DNA of 61,366 nt, filler included. It is 6 parts of 6 records of this genome, joined end to end, with 100 filler letters (N's around TTAATTAATTAA, not from the genome) between each part and the next. Parts side by side here need not be neighbours in the genome. Positions count along the whole stretch, not along the records: positions 17,136 to 22,307 come from SRR2962707_1862; positions 22,408 to 28,990 come from SRR2962707_1868; positions 29,091 to 37,621 come from SRR2962707_1869; 3 more parts are not named here. One strand, written 5' to 3'. The notes below the pieces were generated by a model. That model did not search any database. It was given only the letters and a program-made list of their open reading frames with translations, and was not told where the DNA came from. Both the position numbers and the translations under genes were made by a program. Below, piece by piece: positions 18,812 to 29,221 of the stretch; within the stretch, counting starts at the first letter, position 1, and the number at the start of each line of letters is the position of its first letter.

Positions 18812-20197
18812 ATGAAACACCAGGTTAAAATAGTAGCCATGATGGCTGCAATCACCCTAACGTTAGCTGGCTGTGCCTCTTCTCCAAGTAGCTCATCTGC
18901 ACCTAGCCAAGCCGATACCGCTGCTCAAACACAGTTATCTGCAGACATAGAAGCCGTCAAGGTAGCCATCGACAACGCCACGACCACACTGACATCAGCA
19001 AAAGACAGCAAGCTGGATTGGTTCGCCACAGAGCAGGTCAATCAGGCACAACAGGCGCTCGACAAAGCCAAAGAATACTACGCAGAGTTTGCCTCTGACC
19101 CCAGCGAAGCAAACGACAGTATTGGCTTTTTTAATTCTCAAACCAATATAGAAGCGGCGCAAGAAGGTCTAAATAACTTTCATGCAAAAATAAGCCAAGC
19201 AGAAGGCATTCGTGAGCAAGCTTTGACCACACTCGAAGACGCTTTTTCAAACCGCAAACAATTGCAAGAAATTGGGGCGGACACACTCTACCCAACAACC
19301 TATAAGCAATTGGATAACGAGCTAAAAAACCTTGTCGATCAAGTCGCGAATGGCAAAGTTGATGCGGCCATCACGGCTCAGCCAAGCTTAGTAGGCAAAC
19401 AGCGTGGGTTAGAAATAAAAACCGCCATTAAAGTGTACTTGTCAGACGCTAAAGACAAGTTGAAAAGACTGGAACTGGCACTAGTGAAAAACTATGCCCC
19501 ACAAACGTTAGCACAAGCCTCTGCTGCGTTAATGGACGCTGAAGCATTCATTGCCGCCGAACCAAGAGCCACTGCAAAAATTAAAGAAAAAGCCGATGCG
19601 GTGATGTTTGCCATTAATCATGCAGAGCAAGTGTCCATTGCGGTGAAAAAACTTCGAGCCATGCCGCAAAGTGCCAATGAACGCTATATTTTGAACTTCG
19701 AGAAACTCTTGCTGGCGATTTCTAATGAATTGGGCGCCGTCGACTCTCGTGATCAAAGATTGAGTAAACAGGGGCAGCTTATTGTTCAATTTATCAAAGA
19801 CAGCATGAAAAACGAGCAAGCAGTACAAACGGCCCAGCAAGACTTAAAGGCCACTATTGTTAAGCAAAATAACAATTTAGACATACTGAATAAACAAATT
19901 GATTCGCTCAATAGCAAGCTTGCTGATAAAACCGCATACATCACCTCGCTACAGAATCAAGTCGCTAATTTAATGGCGCAACTTGAGATGGCTAAAAAAT
20001 CAGCCCAAAAAACAGCTGACGTCACGACAACACCCGCTAAAGACAGCGGCGTAACGGACGAAATGGCAACAGACACGACCACATCCACATCCAGCATTGA
20101 GCAAGATGCTGGCGACGCAATGATGGATCAAGACCCATCAAGCTCACCCAGTACTGACAGCGCTCTTGACTCGTCAGAGGAAGCGTTAGAAAAATAA
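18812..20197 (+). CDS. Hypothetical helical lipoprotein with repeated DUF4398-like segments, coiled coil and acidic tail
   Basis: Signal peptide and lipobox LAGC; start MKHQV at 18812 after an AAGGA RBS. Confidence 0.8.
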   Translation: MKHQVKIVAMMAAITLTLAGCASSPSSSSAPSQADTAAQTQLSADIEAVKVAIDNATTTLTSAKDSKLDWFATEQVNQAQQALDKAKEYYAEFASDPSEANDSIGFFNSQTNIEAAQEGLNNFHAKISQAEGIREQALTTLEDAFSNRKQLQEIGADTLYPTTYKQLDNELKNLVDQVANGKVDAAITAQPSLVGKQRGLEIKTAIKVYLSDAKDKLKRLELALVKNYAPQTLAQASAALMDAEAFIAAEPRATAKIKEKADAVMFAINHAEQVSIAVKKLRAMPQSANERYILNFEKLLLAISNELGAVDSRDQRLSKQGQLIVQFIKDSMKNEQAVQTAQQDLKATIVKQNNNLDILNKQIDSLNSKLADKTAYITSLQNQVANLMAQLEMAKKSAQKTADVTTTPAKDSGVTDEMATDTTTSTSSIEQDAGDAMMDQDPSSSPSTDSALDSSEEALEK

Positions 20198-20388
20198 TCA
20201 GTCCACAGACAACAAGCAGTCGGATCAATCGGATCTGGCTGTTTGTTCCATTCAGCATTTCCCTCCCCCCCTAATTCGCGCACATTTTTGCTATAATACT
20301 TTTATCAGGCCACCCCTCTTTTTCTTGGGCTACCAGATGCGCTTTTCGGTTTTCATCACTGCCTTTTTACTTCTTTAGAGCCAATATT

Positions 20389-21357
20389 ATGTCCGCGACA
20401 CACACTTTCTCAAGCCTAGTTCCTGACGTTATTTTAGACGCCGTTGAATCCACAGGATTATGGAGTGATTCGCGTATTTACCCGCTCAACAGTTATGAGA
20501 ATAGAGTGTACCAAGTGGGCATTGAGGACAGTTCGCCGGTCATTGCTAAATTTTACCGACCAGAACGTTGGACTGAGGCACAAATCCGCGAAGAACATGA
20601 CACCTTGCTCGCATTGCAAGAACAAGGTGTTCCCGTCGTCGCCCCCTTGGCATTCGAAGGTAAGACACTGTTCTTGCATAACGACATCTACTTTGCGCTT
20701 TCAGCAAAATTGACAGGGCAGCACCCAGAGGCAGATAACCTAGATCAGCTGTATCAGCTTGGTGAACGGATGGGGCAACTTCATCAAGCCATGCCAACCC
20801 CTTTCACGCACCGCATTAGCGTGTCTCCATTGGAACAAATAGAACAAGCTGGCGCACAAATATTGGCAGGAGAACATTTGCCACAACGGCTTAAAACAGA
20901 CTATCAAAAGCAAATTTCCCGCCTTCATGAGATGAGCGCAGCCCAACTCAATGTCTATTGGCCAACAGAATTACGTGCCGTTCATGGTGACAGTCATCGG
21001 AGCAACTTGATGCTTCATAATGAAGAATTCCACCTGCTCGATTTTGATGATTGCCAAAACGGTGTCGCCGTTCAAGACCTCTGGCTACACTTAACGCAAA
21101 CAGAAAACCCAAGACAACAACTCAGCGAAATGATCGAAGGCTATGAAACCTATCTACCCTTTGACACTCGTGAACTGGGCTTAATTGATGTGTTTAAAAG
21201 CGCGCGAATAGTCAACTACGCTGCTTGGTTACAACAACGCTGGAATGATCCTGCCTTTGTTAAAGCCTTCCCTTGGTTTACCAGTGAAGAGTACTGGATC
21301 AATCATTTGAATGAGCTAAAAAGCTGTGAACTAGAATGGGGGAACATGTCTCGATGA
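20389..21357 (+). CDS. srkA: Ser/Thr protein kinase SrkA/RdoA (YihE)
   Basis: LNSYENRVYQ, KFYRPERW, HGDSHRSN, LDFDD, RWNDPAF..AFPWF. Confidence 0.92.
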   Translation: MSATHTFSSLVPDVILDAVESTGLWSDSRIYPLNSYENRVYQVGIEDSSPVIAKFYRPERWTEAQIREEHDTLLALQEQGVPVVAPLAFEGKTLFLHNDIYFALSAKLTGQHPEADNLDQLYQLGERMGQLHQAMPTPFTHRISVSPLEQIEQAGAQILAGEHLPQRLKTDYQKQISRLHEMSAAQLNVYWPTELRAVHGDSHRSNLMLHNEEFHLLDFDDCQNGVAVQDLWLHLTQTENPRQQLSEMIEGYETYLPFDTRELGLIDVFKSARIVNYAAWLQQRWNDPAFVKAFPWFTSEEYWINHLNELKSCELEWGNMSR

Positions 21358-22307
21358 GTGCATTAGAGTCCAAATTAGAAGCCCTCTTTGGCTTTAATCA
21401 ATTTCGCCAAGGACAAGACCAAACGATCCAACAGCTACTTGCCGGTCACTCGTCATTAGCGGTATTTCCTACTGGCTCTGGTAAGTCTTTGTGCTATCAG
21501 TTTACTGCGACCCAGCTGCCCAATCTAACACTGGTGATTTCCCCTTTAATCGCCCTAATGCACGATCAATTGGATTTCTTACGAAGCAAAGGGATCGCCG
21601 CTGCAAGTTTGGATTCAAGTCAAACAAAAGAAGACAGCCAAGCGGTTATGGAAGGCGTTCAAAACGGTTCCATTAACATTTTAATGATTTCTGTTGAGCG
21701 CTTTAAAAACGAACGTTTTCGCCGCTTTATTAAGCAAGTCCCTATTTCCATGTTGGTGGTTGATGAAGCCCATTGTATTTCTGAGTGGGGACACAATTTC
21801 CGCCCTGATTATTTAAAACTGCCTCATTACCAACAAGAACTACAAATCCCTTTGGTATTATTGCTTACGGCAACGGCAACACGTCGTGTACAAAGAGATA
21901 TGGCACAGAAGTTCAATATTTACCCTGAACACATCACTCAAACTGGCTTTTACCGCGCCAATTTGGACATTGAGCTGATTCCAGCACAAAGCGATGGCAA
22001 AATATTTGAACTAAAGCGCCTCCTTAAGGAGGTTTCAGGGCCAAGTATTGTCTATGTGACTCAACAGAAAACAGCGGAAGACATTGCCAATACACTGATG
22101 ACAGAGGGTTTTCCAGCGAAGGCTTATCATGCGGGCTTAAAGGACGATGTGCGGCGCCAGATTCAAGCAGACTTTATGTCCGGTCAAACGCCAATTATTA
22201 TCGCCACCATTGCGTTTGGCATGGGTATCGACAAAGCGGATATTCGTCTTGTCGTCCACTATGACCTACCCAAATCCATTGAAAACTACAGCCAAGAAAT
22301 TGGCCGT
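21354..22307 (+). CDS. RecQ-family ATP-dependent DNA helicase (3' truncated)
   Basis: PTGSGKSLCYQ, VDEAHCISEWGHNFRPDY, ATIAFGMGIDK, ENYSQEIGR. Confidence 0.93.
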
Positions 22308-22407
22308 NNNNNNNNNNNNNNNNNNNNNNNNNNNNNNNNNNNNNNNNNNNNTTAATTAATTAANNNNNNNNNNNNNNNNNNNNNNNNNNNNNNNNNNNNN
22401 NNNNNNN
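22308..22407. other. Artificial contig spacer
   Basis: N-run with TTAATTAATTAA. Confidence 0.98.
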
Positions 22408-22430
22408 CTCTCTCTCTCTCTCTCTCTCTC
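22408..22430. repeat. (CT)n microsatellite at contig start
   Basis: Seen directly. Confidence 0.9.
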
Positions 22431-22676
22431 GACACACCTTGTCTCTGTCGATACTCTCTCTCTGCTACCGTTTGCAGAAAACAGAGTCAAAGAAAGTCGT
22501 CTGAAAAGGTGCTTCTCGTGGGTGGCCCGCTGAAAACTGTGCTCGTTTCCTTTTGTAGCAAAGCCGCATCATACCCGTGACACCGTCCGGTGCCTCGCTT
22601 AGTACTTCGGAGTCCTCCACCTTCCAGAGCACATACAGAGAAGTAGTGAATGATTCTGCCCAGTGTGAAGTAGTGA

Positions 22677-25600
22677 ATGATGAAGCTCGTCACCACGTCA
22701 GGTGCAGCAGCGGTGCTAGTGGCAGCAGCAGCAGCAGCAGCAGCAGAAACTGCTGCTGCTGCGGGTGGCTCTTTCGCTGCTGCTGGTAGTGCAGGTGTTT
22801 CAACTGCTGGTGTTCCGCTGTACGCGCAACGTGGCGACCGGCAACGTGCAGCGACGTTTCTGGTGTCGCCGGGTGGAGCTGCACCATTCACCCTCGACTT
22901 AGACGCGGCGATTGCCAAGGCATCATCCCTGGCATTCTCCTCGGTTCCCTCCCCGCCCTCCTCGTCCTCCTCCTCCCCTGCCTCGACTTCGCAGCGAAGC
23001 GCCGTAGTGCGACTGCTCCCTGGTGTGTATAGTTTGAGAGAGACACTTCGCTTCGACTCCATGAACCCCTCTGCGCGCTTTTCTGCAGATGCACCGCTGG
23101 TGATTGAGTCCGCGGATTCCCGAGATCCTGCCGTGCTTTCCGGAGGTGTGGAGCTCACGAGCTGGACAGTGGGGCCGGAGCCGTGGCAGTGGGTGGCGCA
23201 GCTGCCGGTCAATGCTACTGCTGCGAATGTGTCTTCTCTCTGGGTGAATGGCCAGCGACGAGGCGTTGCTCGGACGAGCACCGTGCAGTATGCAGATTCT
23301 ACTGCCGACAATGTTACGTTGGCAGCAGGAACTCTCCCGCAGCCGCTGACGGACGCACCAGGGCTCCGTGCAGTCATCTACCACTGCTGGACAGCCAGCT
23401 ACCACGCCGTGTCTGCTGTGTCGAAAGATGGCCTGGCTGTGTCGCTCAGCAATCCACAAAACACCGCCTTCAACGGCAACACACAAGCAACCGGCAAACG
23501 CGTGTACTTTGAGGGGCACCCAGCTTTTCTGACGAATGGTAGTGGTACCTTTGTGGTGGACGCGGCCGCCAATACCGTTACGTATGCTCCGACCACTGAT
23601 GAGCTAGCAGCGCATCCTGCCGGCCCTGCAAACATGTCCGTGATCGCACCACAGCTTGTGGAACTCCTGCGCATGGACAATGATGCAGCTGCCGGCGTCG
23701 TGATTCGGAACGTCAATTTCTCATATGCCGCTGCCGACTTTGCTGCGTGCCTGGCCGGCACCTGCGATGCGCAAAGTGCTGCTTTCCTTGAGACGGCAGC
23801 TCTTCACTTTGAAAACGCGACAGCTCTTCGACTCCAAAACGTGGGAATTTCTCATGTCGATGGGAACGGAGTGTGGGTTGGTGCGGGCAGTCGCAACGTG
23901 TCCATGGACAGGCTTCACGTGTCAGATGTTGGCGCCGGAGGTGTACGCATAGGTGCTTCCATTGGCGGCGTCAGTGGCGATGCTCGTGCGGACCAAGTGT
24001 CCTTGACGAACTCGGTGCTCGAAAACGGGGGTACGACACCGACAATGGGTGCCGCGCGGCCGAGGTGGGGCCAAATGACTGTGATGGTGCTCCCTGTATT
24101 TGTTCACTCACAATTGTGCTTTTTGGGGCGGCCACTCCTGCAGGGCACATTTACTCCATGGGATGCGGCGTTTTGGCGCAAGCGGTGTCGAACACAACCG
24201 TGTCACACAATGAGATCAGGCACTTTTCATACACCGGGATCAGTCTCGGCTGGACCTGGAACTACGAGCCAACGTCCAATGGCGACAACGAGGTACGAAC
24301 GGCTTTCGGTGCCGGCTTTCGGTGCGATGCACCTTGGCACGGCTGTTGTGTTGCTCATCGCGTGTTTGCTTGCTGCATCGTGGCGCACCAGGTGTCGTTC
24401 AACCATATCTCAGAGATTGGTCTCGGGCTCCTCTCAGATATGGGGTGCGTGTACCATCTCGGACAAGATTTTGGCACAAAAATCTCCAACAACGTGTGCC
24501 ACAACGTCTCGAGCTTTGACTACGGCGGGTGCGTGAGTTTGCCATCATCTGTTTGCGTGTTGGTTTTTTTTTGCAGTTTTCAACATGCAGCGACAGACTA
24601 GGCCCTATGTTGATCATGTTGCATTCCCAGTTGGGGATACTACACTGACCAAGCAAGCCGAGGAGTCCTGCTGGAAAAGAACCTTGGCTACGATTTAAAG
24701 TAAACGCGCTGTTTCTGTGCGCTGCGTTTGGCTGCGCATTGAGCCTCCGCGCACCCTACAGAATCTCGCTCTCGTCACTGCGTTGTCCTGTTGCCTTCAT
24801 GTAGGTGCGCGGGCTTCCACCAGCACTATGGGATTGAAAATGTGCTGGATAACAATGTGTTCGCCTTTGTGAACAACGAGCAGGTTTGCGCGCGGCCGGA
24901 CGAATACCTTTGGTGCATGGTTTGTCGTCGATGCTAATTTTGTTTCCAACTGTATCGATGTTAGACTTGCGATGCAGCCATTCGCAGCAGTGCGCATGAC
25001 TCGCCAGGCGACGAAGGCAATCGGAGCAACTTCAACTTCACGCGCAATATCATGTACGCCGCTGACCGAATGCACGCACCGCTCGTGTTTGCTCATGTCT
25101 TCATTTTTTTAATGTCCGTGGATGGCACCCGTGCAGCTATTTGCAAGAACCCGATGACGGTGGACTTTTCATGGCGACAACGGTGAACGGGTACCGAAAC
25201 GTGTCGTTTGACAACAACGTCTACTTTACCACGCCTGCGCTGACTGGAAACTACTTCCCGTGCACTGGTCCTCCTCCGTCGGTGCTGCTTCCTGGCGACG
25301 AATTGGATGTTCGTTGTTTCATACATTGCTAGCGCCCGCTGCTCGCCACATCTTTTGGCCGTTGTGTTTGAGGCCGAGTGTTTTTGTGGGTCTTAGGTCG
25401 GGGACATGCTTCAGTCGCCCAAGATGACGGCGTCGGCAACCCTTCAAGGGGATGGTAATTTTTGCGTCCACGATCAAAATGGCCATGTCGCATGGTGCTC
25501 TGACAGAATCAGCTACCCAACGACCGGGTTAGCACGGGCCTCATTTTTCGGTCGCGTTTGGCGGTACTATGAAAAACTCGCAACTGAAACCTGCTTGTGC

Positions 25601-26017
25601 CGGTGTAGGTACACTGCCTTCGTTGACCCAACCAAGGGCCAGTTTTGTGTTCACAGCACTGCCAACAACACAGCTGTGTTTTGTAGTCCCTCGGCTGCCC
25701 AACCGATTGCAAGCAGTTACTTTGCTGTTCTCGGCGATGATGCTTCGTTTTGCCTGCACAAGGGAACACCGGCTGCTGACCTGGGAGTTGAGTGGTGCGG
25801 GGGCAAGACCTCGTCGCTGACTTTCGAACCGCTGCAATCGCTCACGGACTGCAGCGTTGCCTCGTGGCAGAAGACCGGCCACGACGTGCACAGCGCGATC
25901 AATCGCGACCCCATGTTTATCAACGCTTCGCAGCGCGACTTTCGCCTGCAACCCGGCAGCCCAGCGTTGGCGCTAGGCATCGTGTCCATTGACACGTCTT
26001 CTGTTGGGCCACAGTGA
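22677..26017 (+). CDS. Eukaryotic 9-exon gene: secreted right-handed beta-helix protein (GH141-like) with bulb-type lectin insert
   Basis: GT-AG introns at 24031-24143, 24293-24391, 24529-24630, 24700-24804, 24884-24964, 25054-25136, 25309-25396 and 25528-25608 restore one frame. Motifs: LSGG, SLWVNGQR, YTGISLGWTW, LSDMGCVYHLG, GGWGYYTDQAS, GFHQHYG, DPMF..DFRLQPGSPA. Lectin motif LQGDGNFCVH. Confidence 0.82.
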
Positions 26018-26137
26018 CGGATGCGATTCAGCAGCGCTTGCACGACACAATCACTCTTGCACGGGAGCGACCAATGATGAGGTTCATAATGTTACACCGT
26101 TACACCACAACACTGCGGCGTTACAACGCGGTGGCAT

Positions 26138-28522
26138 TCATGTTCGATACACCGGCTGGAACTTATCAACGTGTCGGCGACACATTATGCATGGTTTGCC
26201 CCTCAGTTTGGCAGCGCAGTCCAAACAGATTGCGAAGTGCCCGCATGGGACCATGATGCAATTAATTTGCTTGTCGCAGCATATTGTGCAAATGTCGGAT
26301 CCACCTTCTGGCCCGTTGTCTTTGCTCGCCTGCAAACCCGTCACAAAGACAACGAAACGCTCAAAACAGAACGCAAGCTCGTTGTTCTCAAACGCACGCC
26401 GGCAGAGAGCGTTGGTCAAGTACCGCACCTCGCACATCTCGTATTCCGCAGACGTGATGTTTAGTGCTTTCAGCACGGCAACGTGGTCCTCTGGACTGAT
26501 GTTGAACCGCTGTTGAAATTTAGTGATGGTTTCTTGCTCGCGCCTACACACAATGACGCCCACGTAAACCACAAACTGCGGGCAGTGAGCGTTGCAGCAC
26601 AAATTCGCATCGCACCCAGCGTGAAGCGCGGCTACTCACGCAGTGAGCTGCCTCTCTGTCAGAATTCCCGCAAGGAAAAACCCGTACTCATGCAGCAAGG
26701 CGTTGCGTTCTGGCGGTTCCCATTTTGCAAGCTGCGCGCGGGAAAGAGAAGCCGTTAGTGGCGGTACTTTTGCAATTTTGAAAGCACACTGCCGAAACGA
26801 TGGAAACAATCACACACCCGTAAGCTTGCGAGCGAGCCCAAAATCCCCACCCGTGTCTGCTGGAGCTTGGTGAGTTCCAGCCTCCCATTTGCGTATTCTC
26901 CAGACAAACGAATCTGAACAGTTGTTTTGTCCCCCTTGCTTGCTGTCGATTGCTTGGACAGGCGGCAATTATACGAAACGCTGTTTGTGAACCGGCCTTT
27001 GTGTTGCTTGATCAGCTTTATGCTGCCGTTTTCCGGATTGAAAGTGCCGATAACATCAAACGCAATGTCCATACCCCGCCAATGGGAGTGACCTTTGCCA
27101 TCTGAGCACAAAAGGGAAAAAGAAAAAAAAATGAGGCAGATGCAACCAGGTCAAAGCAACAGCTGAATTCCAGCCCGGAGACGGGGGCGTGCGATGCGGC
27201 ATCAACCTACCGAGATTGCAAATTACTGAACTACTTCGTGCTGCCGGCTTCAGTACGAAACAGTGCCAACAGTTAGGGTCAACCAAACCAGAAGACACGG
27301 CGGTGGCAAGCAACCGTTTACTTCACACATATCGTTTAAGCACGGGAAGCAAAGTAACACACACGTGTTGGCTTCGTCACAAACCTGACTACAGTGCAGA
27401 AAAGTCTCTTTCCACAAAGTCTGGTGATCCTCTGCGTCCGTGCTGCGCCCTTCCCACAGTCCAGAAAGAAGTTGAATTGCTTCATGCGCATCCATGGAGT
27501 CCGGCGCAGCAGCTTTGGCGTTGCGCGCCCCTTGCCCACGACCATCCGTAGCAGGCAAAGTCAAAGCTGTATCGCTGGCGAACGAGCTCGCCAACCCACT
27601 TTGTTGGGGCGCAGGGGATATCGCAGGAGTTTCTGCAGATTGTGGCCGCAACGAATCCCGCGGCGACGTTGTTCGCGAAACTGCCTGGATTGCATCCGTT
27701 ATCTCCGAGTCCTGCCATTCAGTGCGCGCATGGCCGTCGAGTTGTGAGCGTGTACAGGTGGCGTGTGCGGATATTCACAACTTTGTCGAAGGCATGCTCA
27801 CCTCGGGGCATATTTGCTGGAGTTCAAACTCCCCATGGCTGTATGAACCTCTTATGACAAACATCCCAGTGTTTGTGTCCCGCGAAATCACTCCTTCGTA
27901 CTGCACAGAGTTGCGATACCGTCCGCGATGCTGCTTGGTCAGCAGCACTTTGTTCCCGAGAAACGTGCCGGATATTTCGAACCCAATCTCCAAATCTCGC
28001 TTGGCGTTTCAAGAAGCGTTATTGATTGTTTGGCGGTGGCAGTAAATATAGAGCAGCCGCGGTTCACGGGGCGTCAAAAACAGCACAAAAAAGAAGAAAA
28101 TGAGCGGACACATTCAGCAACAGCATTGAGCACGCGGTGAATACCCCGCCTCGAGCATTCCAATACGCGATGCAATCGTCGCTGCACATCACTCAGACTG
28201 TGCCTCGATGAACTGCAGGCAGGCCACTCACCCAAAGCGAAAACCCCTGCCCTGTAATGACGCCGTGTTGCTGACCTTCCACTGTCACGCCCATCACCAC
28301 AAACTCCAACATCGTGTGCGTCCACGTAGTCGAGTCCGTCAGCCGCTCCGTGTTGCGACTGACCCCGCCCCACTCGCCGTCCAACCTGCCGTAGACCAGG
28401 CTGCCCGCGACAGAAGGCGCACCAGCAGTGAACGCAGCGCCAGCAACAACGGCACGCTGCCCACCAGATCTGTCTCCAGACGACGTGTCGACGACCAGGA
28501 ACGAGTCATTAGGGTTGTCCAT
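26138..28522 (-). CDS. Eukaryotic multi-exon gene (about 7 introns): C-terminal C3HC4 RING protein with two copies of an unknown beta-rich domain
   Basis: Start MDNPND at 28522; GT-AG junctions (first donor at 28231); RING CTIC...CGHFAICLDC...CIMCR; repeated G.W.G.S...W..T.L and F.(I/V).GTF...L.KQH.GR..N.V.Y segments. Confidence 0.78.
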
Positions 28523-28960
28523 CGCGTTGTGAGAATGGGGTGTGCGTCTTCGTAGGGTGTGTTCGAGTTTGCGAGTTTGACCACAACAACGAATAATAAC
28601 ACGCAGCGGTCCAGAGTGCAAGGGCAGAGCCAGCGGCTTCACGCCGCGTCCACGCAGACAGGCAGGCAGGCACGCGCACTCAGCTGTTTCTGAAGCCACG
28701 CGTGAAGGCGCGTGTCGGCGATGTGTGCGTGTATGTATGTGTGGGTGTGTGCGTTTTTTCCCGTTTGTTTTCCACTTTTTTGTGCAGACACAGCAGCACC
28801 GCAGCGCTCTTCCGCCCGTCAGTGGCGAGAGACAACAGAGAGGTCTCAGAGGATCCGAAGCTTGAGCATGGGTGGCTGTGGCTGTGCGGTCTAGCCACCA
28901 CGCACTCACCCGGCACAGGGACACTTGGCCAGGCACGCACCCACCAATACCACCACCGCT

Positions 28961-28990
28961 AGCCAGCCAGCCAGCCAGCCAGCCAGCCAG
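28961..28990. repeat. (AGCC)n microsatellite at contig end
   Basis: Seen directly. Confidence 0.9.
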
Positions 28991-29090
28991 NNNNNNNNNN
29001 NNNNNNNNNNNNNNNNNNNNNNNNNNNNNNNNNNTTAATTAATTAANNNNNNNNNNNNNNNNNNNNNNNNNNNNNNNNNNNNNNNNNNNN
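28991..29090. other. Artificial contig spacer
   Basis: N-run with TTAATTAATTAA. Confidence 0.98.
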
Positions 29091-29115
29091 GGTGGTGGTG
29101 GTGGTGGTGGTGGTG
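29091..29115. repeat. (GGT)n microsatellite at contig start
   Basis: Seen directly. Confidence 0.9.
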
Positions 29116-29221
29116 CATTTAGGCTGCTTCTGGGACGTTGCCCTGCTGCCGCTGTTTCTAGACGATTCTTCGTGGCACTGGCCTGCGTGCAAGTTTGCGA
29201 CTTCACTACCTCTTCTTCGTC

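Noticed and set aside
22722-22763. (GCA)n/(TGC)n inverted repeat as a structured RNA
   Set aside because: It encodes the poly-Ala signal region of the beta-helix protein.
28961-29115. (AGCC)n and (GGT)n at contig ends as telomeres
   Set aside because: They are short ordinary microsatellites that break assemblies and differ between ends.
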